64,000 bases of DNA from Gammaproteobacteria bacterium (GCA_022450155.1 JAKUQR010000014.1:2539-66538); one strand, 5' to 3'. Numbered from the stretch's first letter, positions 38,661 through 48,893 are shown. A program made the numbers and translations. The notes: a model not told the origin generated them from the letters alone.

Positions 38661-39716
38661 TTAGGGTGCGGCACCCAATAACAGGATACCGTAAAGAACG
38701 ATAAAAACTGTGTCGCGAACCGCACCACCACCCTGCCTTTGCGACCCCCGGGTGGCGATCAAAGCAATGATCTCAATGACCATGAATAGGATTGCCAGAA
38801 TGGCGAACGGCCAAACCGAAGACCACCAGGGTAGGGTCTCAACTACATCCTCGACTGCATGAACCCATTGCCAAATGTAGAGCAGAACGGGTGTCAAAGC
38901 AAAATAGCCGTAGGCAACGAGAAAGCGGTATCGAGTAACCTTCCGATCCACCAGCCAGAACACAAAAAAGAAAAGAACCAGGTTCAAAAGATCCCAAAAC
39001 AAAGCATTGTAGGACTCGGCTGCAGCGAACTGGATCAGATTTAGGAAGCCAAGAAACACAAGAAAAACTGCTGCATCACAAAATACCCATTCTCTGAACG
39101 GTTCACCTTTAGCCTTGATCGACCAGGCTCGTGTTGCTTTGTCGAACAACAGAACCAGTGCCACACCCAGAACAGCCGGATAGATCAGACTGGCCATCAA
39201 TCGATACTGGCCGACCGTGTCCACATACACCCAGTTCAGGACCAGAAACGCCAACACCAAAACGAGTAAGCCAAGTAAACGAGTACCAGCCGGTGTCTGG
39301 ACAGGATCAGGCGCCGACGAAGCCGAACCCGACTCGGTTGCAGCCACTGGTTTGTCCGTCCGACGACGAGCAAACATACCGATCACAAACGCGACCAATG
39401 CCCCCAGGCCGACGACCATCATCGCCACCAGAAAGATCATCGATCGGGTCCCTCCCCGCCAGGCAGTCTCGTGTGCTATTCCTGAGGGGTACAGAAAAAC
39501 AATCACCACGATCACTGCAACAACCAGTGCAACCAGTGCCAAAACTGCGAGTAGGTATTCAAACCAGCGTTGACCTGAGGAAGGCCCGCTTCCAGAGGTG
39601 GTGTCGACAGATAGCCCTTCTTTATTGCGTACCACAAGATAAATGACGAATACAACCACGCCAATCAGGGCGAGAGCGGTCATCACCAGGACAAACGTCA
39701 GCGGTTGTGTTTCCAA
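38661..39716 (-). CDS. polytopic integral membrane protein, uncharacterised
   Basis: 351 aa with ~9 hydrophobic helices and two short Ser/Gly-rich loops. Immediately downstream of module-3 hyuB. Confidence 0.55.
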   Translation of the reverse strand: METQPLTFVLVMTALALIGVVVFVIYLVVRNKEGLSVDTTSGSGPSSGQRWFEYLLAVLALVALVVAVIVVIVFLYPSGIAHETAWRGGTRSMIFLVAMMVVGLGALVAFVIGMFARRRTDKPVAATESGSASSAPDPVQTPAGTRLLGLLVLVLAFLVLNWVYVDTVGQYRLMASLIYPAVLGVALVLLFDKATRAWSIKAKGEPFREWVFCDAAVFLVFLGFLNLIQFAAAESYNALFWDLLNLVLFFFVFWLVDRKVTRYRFLVAYGYFALTPVLLYIWQWVHAVEDVVETLPWWSSVWPFAILAILFMVIEIIALIATRGSQRQGGGAVRDTVFIVLYGILLLGAAP

Positions 39717-39785
39717 CAGCGTAACTCCGAATTAGTAACGCAGCATCAGTCCAACAGTATTGGGCACCCACTCAAAATAGAATTA

Positions 39786-41930
39786 TCAGTCGTTTTGCAG
39801 AAGTTTTTGTGCACATTTAACAAAGCTCTGTTCAGCCGCAGTCTGTAGCCGCTTCCCAGCAGAATAACCCGCCCCGGCATGTTCATGTGTGCCGGTCTCG
39901 CTGGCATAGGCCCCGTTGGCCCGCAATTCGCCTCGCACCTCGGTCAGGCTACGATTTGACGTATGGTAGACAATGTCGAAGCTCCAGTTGTCCCCGAACG
40001 TACCACGCAACTGGGAGATCGTCGACGCCACAGTCTGATCGGCTTCAAGAGACTTTGCGGGCTGCACAGGCTCGGATACCCGGGCACCAACACGGTCGCG
40101 CTGGGCGGGTGTCTCCCTGGCTACTTGTTGCACCTTGCGCTCTGGCGCTGAAGTGGTCGCCAGCGGTTGGCTGCGCATCTGCGTCCGTAGCGATTCTGTC
40201 GCAGACTCGTCCACGGTTTCCGTGGTGAGATCTACGACCACGCCGTACGCTTTTCTCGCGTGTTCAACCGTGCAGAAATCATCCAGAACGTCTTCGAGTA
40301 CCTGACTTGCCGGGCGTTCGAGCGGATCGCCATAACCACCGCCGCAGGGTGCATAAAACGCATGCACATCGCCAGCATTGATTTTGATGCCCGAAAACTT
40401 GGCTGGCATATCCTGGATATTATCGGGATCTGACACATTGTAGATCTCGACTTTGCCGGTTGCACCTGGCCCACCACCAAAAATACCCCAGGGGACATCG
40501 TGGTGCCTTTCGTTCTCGTGGGTAATAAATGCGTCAGTCAGAACGCGCTGCGACTTCACGACACCGATCCCACCCCGGTAACGGCCCGCACCGGGCAATA
40601 CGTCGTCACGCAATTCGTACCGATCACAGATCATTGGCAGGTGAATGGCCAGGTCTTCGAGGGGATTATTCCGGGTATTGGCCATCAGGTTATCAATACT
40701 GTCCGGACCGTCAGATCGCGGGCGTCCACCGTAAGCCCCTTCGTTTACCTCCAGGAAAACCCAATAATCACCAGACGGCCGGATACCGGAGTACGACACA
40801 AATGACAATGATGCCGAACTGCCAGCGATAATCTCATCCGGCAGGACAGGTGCCAGTGCCTTATAGATCAGATCGATCATGCGATTGCACTGCGTAAATC
40901 TGGCCTCAGCTGCCGCAGGAAACTTTGGATTGAAGATTGAGCCCTTGGGCGCGATCACTTTGATCGGTCTGAAAGACCCTTCATTTGAGGGTACCTCGAT
41001 CTCGGACGTATGCGCATCAAGCAGCAGGGAGCGAATTGCGCAAAAACACGCCACTTTCGTCGATCCGTCAAAAGGCACATTAAAACCCGTTTCCACCTGG
41101 TCGGCCGATCCTGTGAGATCAATTTCTATGCCATCGCCCTGGATCCGGACGCACACCTTGATTGGCAGCCGGACACCTCTGTTTTTGCCATCATCGTCAA
41201 GAAAGCCTTCGGCACGGTACTCACCGTCCGGTATTGTTTCAATCTTCTGCCGCAGTATTCGCTCGGTGTAATCCATCAGCTGCTGCGTTGCTGACAGTAT
41301 CTGGTCTTTGCCGTAGCGTTCCATCAGTTCAACAAACCGTCGCACGCCCAACTTCGCCGAGGCGATCTGGGCTTCGATATCGCTCTGTAGCTGTTTCGCC
41401 GCCCGGCTGTTTCGACCCAGGAACTCCCACATGGCCTCATTGCGAACACCTTTCTCGTACAGCTTGGTACCGGCAAATAACATGCCTTCGGCAAACACAT
41501 CTGGAATGTCGATAATCAGACCCGGAGTTGCCGCCCCGATATCCAGGTGATGAGCCGTGTTCGCCGCGAACCCGACCAACTCTCCCTTATAAAAGCAGGG
41601 AATAACGATCGCGAGGTCTGGCGAATGGCTGGCACCATAGTAAGGATGGTTATGGAGAACGACATCGCCTTCGTTCCAGGTGCCCCCCTGCAGGGTTTCC
41701 TGAATGCCATATAAGTATCCCGGTAGAGATCCTATATGCAGTGGTGTTGATTCGGATTCACACAGGGTATTGAAATCGGTATCGAAAAGACCTGCCCCAA
41801 GGTCTTGCGACTCACGAATGATCGATGAGAACGACATCCGGTACAGAATATGGCCCATCTCCTCGGCGATGGTATCCAGCGCCCCGCTGATAACCTGCAG
41901 AGTGATCGGATCGAGTTCGTCTGACGGCAT
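39786..41930 (-). CDS. hyuB: hydantoinase B family protein (HyuB), module 3, with a C-terminal HyuB-associated domain after a Ser/Pro/Ala/Gln-rich linker
   Basis: HyuB core from MPSDELDPITLQVISGALDT... to about aa 575. A linker follows, then ...QLRGTFGDNWSFDIVYHTSNRSLTEVRGELRANG...AAEQSFVKCAQKL. Confidence 0.9.
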   Translation of the reverse strand: MPSDELDPITLQVISGALDTIAEEMGHILYRMSFSSIIRESQDLGAGLFDTDFNTLCESESTPLHIGSLPGYLYGIQETLQGGTWNEGDVVLHNHPYYGASHSPDLAIVIPCFYKGELVGFAANTAHHLDIGAATPGLIIDIPDVFAEGMLFAGTKLYEKGVRNEAMWEFLGRNSRAAKQLQSDIEAQIASAKLGVRRFVELMERYGKDQILSATQQLMDYTERILRQKIETIPDGEYRAEGFLDDDGKNRGVRLPIKVCVRIQGDGIEIDLTGSADQVETGFNVPFDGSTKVACFCAIRSLLLDAHTSEIEVPSNEGSFRPIKVIAPKGSIFNPKFPAAAEARFTQCNRMIDLIYKALAPVLPDEIIAGSSASLSFVSYSGIRPSGDYWVFLEVNEGAYGGRPRSDGPDSIDNLMANTRNNPLEDLAIHLPMICDRYELRDDVLPGAGRYRGGIGVVKSQRVLTDAFITHENERHHDVPWGIFGGGPGATGKVEIYNVSDPDNIQDMPAKFSGIKINAGDVHAFYAPCGGGYGDPLERPASQVLEDVLDDFCTVEHARKAYGVVVDLTTETVDESATESLRTQMRSQPLATTSAPERKVQQVARETPAQRDRVGARVSEPVQPAKSLEADQTVASTISQLRGTFGDNWSFDIVYHTSNRSLTEVRGELRANGAYASETGTHEHAGAGYSAGKRLQTAAEQSFVKCAQKLLQND

Positions 41931-41954
41931 AGTGTACTGTCTCGCTAGCGGACT

Positions 41955-44033
41955 TTAATTGCTGCGCTCGATTGTCAGGTTTCCGAATTCCCCAGTCTGT
42001 GCGACGTACCCGGGAGGAATCAGAATGGTCGAGTTGTGCTGAATAATGATGGCTGGCCCCGAGACCGCATGACCGGCCAGGAGTTTGTTTCGATCGTAAC
42101 GCGGCGTCTGAAGAGTTTGCTTGTCGTCGAAAACGGTCTCCGCATGATAAAGCAGCGCATCCTCGGGCGTGTTCGCCGTACCGGCCTGATCCAGAGGCGA
42201 TACCTCCAGCGGCGTCACCCGCTCCATGCCAATGACACGGATTGTGATCAGCTCGACTTCACCATCTTCAAAGGTATAACCATAATCCAGGTGATGTTGA
42301 GCATGAAAACCCTCGACAATTTTAGAAATGTTCTCTGGCACGATATCGATATCTGGAATTGGCGCGCGCAACTCAAAACCTTGTCCGTGATAACGACATT
42401 CCGCGATACGCTGAAACTCCTGACGAGCCGTAGGTACGCCGTCCTTCTCGAGGTCCCGACGGCATTCAGATACCAGTTCTTTGACTAGACTGTTAATTCG
42501 GTCACTCGTCTCAGTCGAGGTATTAGAAAGTGATGTAATCAGCGAGCGGGCGTGCTCGTACTGCATATCGGTCTGTAAAAGCCCCATGGCGGCGGTGATG
42601 CCCGGTGCCACAGGGATAATGACATTTTTTGCAAATACGGCCTCTGCAAGGGCCACACCGTGCAGCGGTCCGGCCCCACCGAACGGCAGCAGTGAAAACT
42701 CACGGGGGTCCACACCCCGGGCAACTGAATTAGACCGAATCGCCAGTGCCATATTTGAATTAATCACCTTGATGATCCCCAGTGCTGCGTCAGTCACTGA
42801 GATATTAAGTGGCCGGGCGATCTTGGTCTCAATCGCGCGCTGTGCCAGGTCTCTATCCAGAGGCAGATCCCCGCCCAGCATCTTGTCCGTATCAAGTCGC
42901 CCCAGAACCACCTGGGCATCGGTTACCGTGGGTTCCTCTCCACCGCTGCCATAGCATGCAGGACCCGGGTCGGCCCCGGCAGAGCGTGGCCCGACATGGA
43001 AGCCACCGGCGGAGTCGACGTAAGCGACCGAACCGCCACCTGCGCCGATCGTAACTAGATCAATCATCGGGACCAGTATCGGATGGCCACTAACATAGGA
43101 ATCGCGGGCATTCATGATCTTGATCTGACCGTCAGGAATCGTGCTGATGTCTGCGGAGGTGCCGCCGATGTCTACCGTGATCATGTTGCGGCTGCCGCAC
43201 CACAGCCCCTCCGATTTCCCCCCAATCACTCCCCCCGCGGGGCCCGACATCAACATGGTCACCGCACGTTGCGAACAGGCCTCTACCGTGGAGATGCTTC
43301 CATTGGACTGCATCACCCGGAGATTGGCTCGGTATCCCTGGCCAATGAGTTTTTCCCGAAGATTGTTTAGGTAATAAGTAGTACTCGGCCCTACGAACGC
43401 GTTCATCGCTGCAGTGGAAAATCGCTCGTACTCACGCAGTACATTGGCGACATCCGAGGAGGTGCAGACGAAGGCTCCAGGCATTTCCTGCTCGACAATC
43501 ACCTTTGCCTGCCGTTCATGGACGTCGTTTAGAAATGAAAACAGGAAACCGATGACCACGGATTCGATACCACGCTTTTTGAACAACGCAATCGCTTCGA
43601 GCACTTCATTCTCATTCAGAGGTTCCTCGATCTCGCCTGTAGGCGGCAAGATGCGTTCCGTGACCGCTATACGGTTGCGCCGCTTGACCAATGGACGGCT
43701 CTGCCAAGGGACATCGAAATGAAGAGAAAAATTGTGTGGTCTCTTGTGCCGGCCAATATGAAGGATGTCTCTGAAATTTCGGGTAGTGATCATTCCCACC
43801 TCTGCCCCATTGTGTTCAAGGGTGACGTTGGTAGCGACCGTGGTTCCATGAACGATCAGATCAATCTGATCTGAGTTGACGCCAGCCTGCTCGCAAAGTT
43901 CGGACAATCCTTTCAACACACCTTCGGACTGGTCATGAGGAGTGCTGCTGACCTTGTGGAAATAAACCCCGTGATCGGCCTCCAAAACCAGATCTGTGTT
44001 GGTCCCGCCCACGTCAACGCCAACTCTAGCCAT
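41955..44033 (-). CDS. hyuA: hydantoinase A/oxoprolinase family protein (HyuA), module 3
   Basis: MARVGVDVGGTNTDLVL... canonical start. 692 aa. Confidence 0.9.
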   Translation of the reverse strand: MARVGVDVGGTNTDLVLEADHGVYFHKVSSTPHDQSEGVLKGLSELCEQAGVNSDQIDLIVHGTTVATNVTLEHNGAEVGMITTRNFRDILHIGRHKRPHNFSLHFDVPWQSRPLVKRRNRIAVTERILPPTGEIEEPLNENEVLEAIALFKKRGIESVVIGFLFSFLNDVHERQAKVIVEQEMPGAFVCTSSDVANVLREYERFSTAAMNAFVGPSTTYYLNNLREKLIGQGYRANLRVMQSNGSISTVEACSQRAVTMLMSGPAGGVIGGKSEGLWCGSRNMITVDIGGTSADISTIPDGQIKIMNARDSYVSGHPILVPMIDLVTIGAGGGSVAYVDSAGGFHVGPRSAGADPGPACYGSGGEEPTVTDAQVVLGRLDTDKMLGGDLPLDRDLAQRAIETKIARPLNISVTDAALGIIKVINSNMALAIRSNSVARGVDPREFSLLPFGGAGPLHGVALAEAVFAKNVIIPVAPGITAAMGLLQTDMQYEHARSLITSLSNTSTETSDRINSLVKELVSECRRDLEKDGVPTARQEFQRIAECRYHGQGFELRAPIPDIDIVPENISKIVEGFHAQHHLDYGYTFEDGEVELITIRVIGMERVTPLEVSPLDQAGTANTPEDALLYHAETVFDDKQTLQTPRYDRNKLLAGHAVSGPAIIIQHNSTILIPPGYVAQTGEFGNLTIERSN

Positions 44034-44112
44034 GACGCACTACCCGGAAGCTCACGGTTAATAAAATGAGGTGGCATTTACTGTTCATGACGTACCCGAC
44101 AACAATTCTCCT

Positions 44113-44793
44113 TCAGCTCGATTTATCAAGGTTTCCCAGATAACGCAACACATTCTCCAACGGCTCTACATCACCGAACTTGGCATCAATATCAAACAGG
44201 TTCCATTCGGTCACGGCAGGTACCCGGTCTCCGACCGCTTCACGCACAATGATCGGTCGAAATCCTTCGGCGATGGCATCTTCTGTAGTGTGCCGTACAC
44301 AACCCGCCATGGTCACGCCAGTAATAATCACCGTATCAACATCATGCGCACGTAGAAATCCGGCCAAATAGGTTCCATGAAATCCACTTGCCCGTTTTTT
44401 TACGATCACTAGTTCATCGCCCCGAGGCGCAATCCGCTCGTCGATGGCACAGGTCTCGGTCCCAGCCTGCAACAACTCTACCGGAATTTTTTTGTGCCAG
44501 AGTCCCATGTCGGAAGGATGTCCGCTCGTGACATCATACGCAGTGGTCGTATAGACAATTGGTATACCGGCTCCACGAGCTGCCTTGAGTAGTGCTTGTG
44601 TCGACGGGATGATCACATCCATGTTGTCGCAATAAAACACGTTACCCGGTCGTGTCCAGGCATTGGCCAAATCAATATTGAGCAGCGCGGGCCGCTCTCC
44701 ATACCCAATTCGGCGCTGAAAGCCCCGCTCCTGGTATAGCGCAGAATCAATCGCAAATATTTTGTCTAATGCGTCCTGAATTTCGTCTGACAT
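44113..44793 (-). CDS. isochorismatase-family cysteine hydrolase, module 3
   Basis: IITGVTMAGCVRHT motif with a K/D context shared with the other two copies. Lies upstream of hyuA on the same strand. Confidence 0.85.
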   Translation of the reverse strand: MSDEIQDALDKIFAIDSALYQERGFQRRIGYGERPALLNIDLANAWTRPGNVFYCDNMDVIIPSTQALLKAARGAGIPIVYTTTAYDVTSGHPSDMGLWHKKIPVELLQAGTETCAIDERIAPRGDELVIVKKRASGFHGTYLAGFLRAHDVDTVIITGVTMAGCVRHTTEDAIAEGFRPIIVREAVGDRVPAVTEWNLFDIDAKFGDVEPLENVLRYLGNLDKSS

Positions 44794-45022
44794 CTGTCAC
44801 TCCCAGAGAATAAATCAACTGACAATCACGAGCCCCTGTACCACAGCGTCAGGTGACCTGGTCAGTCTAACGCCGCAGGCTCGCGGCAACCCATCCTCTG
44901 AACAAGCCGCGCAGTGCATGATCAGTATACAACAGCGGCTTGAATATTAAGTCCTTACGGACCTACCTGACATCGCCAACGCCAACACAGGTGGTTGCGA
45001 TATCTACGCGGTACAAAAGTCG

Positions 45023-46003
45023 TTAGGGCATCATCTCCCCAATCAGGGGTAAAACTTCATCTGCAAACGCAGCCAGGTGGTCAAGTCGTTCCTCGTAGGG
45101 TCCTACAAGATCCAAGATGATATAACGAGCCCCCGCCTCGTAAAATTTCTGGAGGCTCTGTGCAATCTGCTCCGCAGTGCCCAACGCACAGTAACGCTCA
45201 GCGGCCCGACGAAAATCCATGTTGTAACGAACACTCAGGCTTTTGACCGCAGCATTCAGTGCGGTCTCGTAATCCTTATCCAGGCGTGCAAACAGCAGAT
45301 GGGCCGACACAAACTGTTCAATCGACCGTCCTGATCGATCGTACTCCACCTGAATCTTGTCCAATGATTCGCGGTACGTGTCTGGCGTCACCACATAGCT
45401 CATCCATCCATCCGCCATCCGTGCCGCACGTCGCAACGCCGGATCCGATCGACCACCCAGCCATATTGGCGGACCACTGAGCTGACATGGTGCCGGTTCC
45501 ATCTGGATATTCTCAAATTGAAAATGTCGGCCGGAATGACTTACCCTTTGTCCGCTCCAGAGCTTACGCATGACTTCAATTGATTCACTTAAACGACTGC
45601 CGCGTTCAACTATGGGTACGCCGGCAACGCTAAAGTCACTTTCAAACTCCCCACCTACACCCAAGCCGAATATAAACCGACCATTGGAAAGTAAATCCAA
45701 CGTAGCAATCTGTTTGGCTGTCGGTCCTGGATGCCGCAAGGGTTGAAGAAATACCGCAGTCCCGATCTTGAGACGGGTGCTGAAAACCGCGGCCTGTGCC
45801 AGTTGCACCACCGGATCGAGTATAGGCACAGCAAACGCCAGGTGATCTCCAACCCATATTGAGTCAAATCCTAGCTGGTCGACCAACTCAACGACGTCAC
45901 GACCGTCGTCCAGTGTCGGTATCCACGGCTTGGTCGATGGTTCAGTGCGCCGATGAATCGTCTGGACGCCCAGTGTCAGGCCTTCCGCAAGTGGTAACGG
46001 CAT
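45023..46003 (-). CDS. luciferase-like (LLM-class) flavin-dependent oxidoreductase
   Basis: TIM-barrel LLM signature regions (DSIWVGDHL..., GLGVGG...). The start was set at the internal ATG 46003 (MPLPLAEG...), which has a perfect AAGGAG RBS 8 nt upstream. Confidence 0.8.
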   Translation of the reverse strand: MPLPLAEGLTLGVQTIHRRTEPSTKPWIPTLDDGRDVVELVDQLGFDSIWVGDHLAFAVPILDPVVQLAQAAVFSTRLKIGTAVFLQPLRHPGPTAKQIATLDLLSNGRFIFGLGVGGEFESDFSVAGVPIVERGSRLSESIEVMRKLWSGQRVSHSGRHFQFENIQMEPAPCQLSGPPIWLGGRSDPALRRAARMADGWMSYVVTPDTYRESLDKIQVEYDRSGRSIEQFVSAHLLFARLDKDYETALNAAVKSLSVRYNMDFRRAAERYCALGTAEQIAQSLQKFYEAGARYIILDLVGPYEERLDHLAAFADEVLPLIGEMMP

Positions 46004-46187
46004 GAATTTTTCTCCTTTTCCAACAATCCAGTTGATTTTAACAAAGCGAACCTCTCCATAAATAGCCGACTTGATCGACACGGCAAGATCATCTAGCTGT
46101 AAAGGCACTACTGCAAGGCTGTACATCACTTGACGCGAGGCCTCGGGCCTGCAAGGCTTTACCGACTTAAATAAAGGTACTTACTTC

Positions 46188-47393
46188 ATGGCAACTACTG
46201 AGCTACACATTGAAGACCCCTACAACGCGATGATCCCCGGTAGTAACATTTGTATCGGTGGCAAACAGGACCAGCCCTTAAGTAATCTTCGTTTTGTTGT
46301 GAAGGACCTGTTTGACGTCGCTGATATGCCTACCGTAGCGGGTAGTCCAGACTGGCCAAGCACAAGGCCTGTGCCTGATGAACATGCCGCAATTGTCACC
46401 CAACTACTAGATGCAGGTGCCAAACTCATTGGCAAAACTATCACTGATGAGATTTCACTGGGGATTTTGGGCGAGAACAAATTCGATGGGACGCCCGAAA
46501 ATCCGGCCTGCCCTGGTCGCGTTCCGGGTGGATCATCAGCTGGATCTGCGGCAGCGGTCGCAGGCGACTATTGTGATTTTGCTTTGGCCTCTGACACGGG
46601 AGGGTCCGTACGTGTGCCAGCCAGTTTTTGTGGAATCTACGGTATCCGACCAACCCACGGTCGCCTGAACTTGGATGGACTGATGCCGCAGGCTCCTTCA
46701 TCCGACACCGCTGGTTGGTTTGCACGCAGTGCGGAGACCCTCTCTCGAGTTGGCCGCGTGCTTTACCAAGAAGATATTCCAGATCGTCTTAACCATCGAC
46801 TGCTGATCGCACGTGATGCTTTCGCTTATAGCGGCAGCGAAACTCAAACAGCGTTGGCACCAGGACTAAACCGCCTCAGCAAACTATTTAGAGAAGTCAC
46901 TGAAGTTGATATGGCGCTGAATGGACTTGATCAGTGGTCCGAAGCACAAAGAACAGTCCAGGCTGCCGAGTTCTGGCAGACCTTTTCGGATTGGATCGAC
47001 CGCCACAACCCCAGAATGTCCTATTCTGTCGCACGAAATCTATTCATCGCATCCAAAATAGAATCGTCGGTGCTTGAATCAGCACAACTAGTGAAACAAC
47101 AGGCGACCGAACGAATGAAATCACTGCTACCCCGTGGAACACTGCTGTGCCTGCCCACAACCCCATTCTGCGCCCCTCGCGTTAATCTACCAATTCATGA
47201 GACCGACGCACTTCGTCTACAGATTTCTGTATTGTGCTGCCATGGCGGCCTCACCGGTGTACCTCATGTCTCGATACCCGGTGCTACCACCGGACCAGAT
47301 CATGCACCGATCGGCCTGTCTATCATCGCTGGACATAATTACGATACTGACCTTCTTGCAGCCAGCCTAGCACTGGAGGCACAACATGACTGA
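46188..47393 (+). CDS. short amidase-signature family amidase (AtzE/malonamidase-like size)
   Basis: GGSSAGSAAAVAG...SDTGGSVRVPASFCG amidase signature. 401 aa. Confidence 0.85.
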   Translation: MATTELHIEDPYNAMIPGSNICIGGKQDQPLSNLRFVVKDLFDVADMPTVAGSPDWPSTRPVPDEHAAIVTQLLDAGAKLIGKTITDEISLGILGENKFDGTPENPACPGRVPGGSSAGSAAAVAGDYCDFALASDTGGSVRVPASFCGIYGIRPTHGRLNLDGLMPQAPSSDTAGWFARSAETLSRVGRVLYQEDIPDRLNHRLLIARDAFAYSGSETQTALAPGLNRLSKLFREVTEVDMALNGLDQWSEAQRTVQAAEFWQTFSDWIDRHNPRMSYSVARNLFIASKIESSVLESAQLVKQQATERMKSLLPRGTLLCLPTTPFCAPRVNLPIHETDALRLQISVLCCHGGLTGVPHVSIPGATTGPDHAPIGLSIIAGHNYDTDLLAASLALEAQHD

Positions 47394-47793
47394 AGACCTT
47401 GAAGTCAACCGCCCGGAAGTCGTGGATGAGATAACCCTACTGTTCGAGGCCTACGAAGCGGCCCTAGTCGACAAAAATATTGAAGTCCTGGATAACACTT
47501 TCTGGGACAGCGAACACACAATCCGTTACGCCATGCACGAAAACGGCTACGGATTTGATGAGATCCATCGACACCGGGTTTCGAGAAAGAAGGGGCCCGG
47601 CATCAAAGAAGAGCGACGACGGTTGGAGATTCTGACGCTGGGCGATCGCTTTGCGACGGTCAACCTTGAGTTCAAGATCAGAGGGACAAAAGACATCGGT
47701 AGACAAAGCCAGACGTGGATCAAGTTCCCCACTATTGGCTGGAAAGTGGTCACAGCGCATGTCTCGACAATGGAGAAGCACCCCCGCTGGTAA
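47386..47793 (+). CDS. small accessory protein translationally coupled to the amidase (possible NTF2-like fold)
   Basis: The start ATGACTGA overlaps the amidase stop by 8 nt. 135 aa. The fold assignment is tentative. Confidence 0.5.
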   Translation: MTEDLEVNRPEVVDEITLLFEAYEAALVDKNIEVLDNTFWDSEHTIRYAMHENGYGFDEIHRHRVSRKKGPGIKEERRRLEILTLGDRFATVNLEFKIRGTKDIGRQSQTWIKFPTIGWKVVTAHVSTMEKHPRW

Positions 47794-47839
47794 GATCACG
47801 GGCTCTCTTAACAAGCAACCCTTCACAATTCCACCGAAA

Positions 47840-48544
47840 ATGACAGAAAACGCATCAACCTGGGAACCGGCACACAACGTTTCCGCCGCAATCACCACAC
47901 GCCACTCCATCCGGAACTTCCTGTCGACTCCTATCCCTCGGGAAGCTATCGAGGAAATCCTCTCAGTTGCCCGGCGCGCGCCGAGTGGCACCAATATGCA
48001 GCCCTGGTGGGTGTATGTCGTGACCGGTGATGGGAAAAACAAATTGTCTGCCGCACTGGCCAAGGCCCATGACGTCGGTGCTTCTGCCTGGACGCCGGAG
48101 TACCAGTACTATCCTAGCGATTTTCAGGAACCCTATAAGTCAAGACGGCGAAAAGTAGGCTGGGATTTGTATGGTCTGCTGGGCATTGAGCGTGGCCAAA
48201 AAGAAAAAATGCATCAACAGCATGGCCGAAACTTTCGATTCTTCGACGCTCCGGTAGGCCTGATGTTTACGGTCGACCGGGAGCTGAAAATCGGCAGCTG
48301 GCTGGACTACGGCATGTTTATTCAAAACGTGATGCTGGCAGCCAGAGAAAAAGGGCTTCACACCTGCCCTCAGGCAGCATTTACCGGTCATCACCAGGTC
48401 ATCCGTGACTGTCTTCCGATGCCGGATGAACAATCCCTGGTGTGCGGGATGTCACTGGGCTATGCTGACCCTGATGCCATCGAGAACAGCCTTATCACTG
48501 AGCGGGAACCCGTTGATTCATTTACCCGCTTCATCGATAGTTAA
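47840..48544 (+). CDS. nitroreductase-family flavoprotein
   Basis: RHSIRNF...P nitroreductase N-terminal motif. The start was set at the internal ATG 47840 (MTENASTWEP...). The upstream part of the ORF overlaps the preceding gene in another frame. Confidence 0.8.
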   Translation: MTENASTWEPAHNVSAAITTRHSIRNFLSTPIPREAIEEILSVARRAPSGTNMQPWWVYVVTGDGKNKLSAALAKAHDVGASAWTPEYQYYPSDFQEPYKSRRRKVGWDLYGLLGIERGQKEKMHQQHGRNFRFFDAPVGLMFTVDRELKIGSWLDYGMFIQNVMLAAREKGLHTCPQAAFTGHHQVIRDCLPMPDEQSLVCGMSLGYADPDAIENSLITEREPVDSFTRFIDS

Positions 48545-48564
48545 GCTTATTCTGTCGCCGGAGG

Positions 48565-48861
48565 TTGCCTATGCCTGACAAAAGACCCGCCGCCACTCCG
48601 ACGGTGCAAATCGACAATGACAACACCATTGTCACGGAATGGCGCTTTCCACCGCACGGAGAAACCGGCTGGCATGTGCACCAGTACGACTATGTTGTTG
48701 TTCCTCTAGTCACTGGCGAACTGCAGCTTGAAACACCGGATGGGGAGCACCTGGCTGAACTGGTCACCGGTCAAGCCTACGCACGCAAGGCCGGTGTCGA
48801 GCACAATGTGATCAACAACAACGATTTCGAATTCGTATTCATAGAAATTGAACGCAAATAA
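48565..48861 (+). CDS. cupin-2 domain protein
   Basis: 98 aa. GWHVHQYDYVVV...H single-cupin motifs. Confidence 0.65.
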   Translation: MPMPDKRPAATPTVQIDNDNTIVTEWRFPPHGETGWHVHQYDYVVVPLVTGELQLETPDGEHLAELVTGQAYARKAGVEHNVINNNDFEFVFIEIERK

Positions 48862-48893
48862 CCCAGGTCATACAACTGAGCAAGGAATTCACC

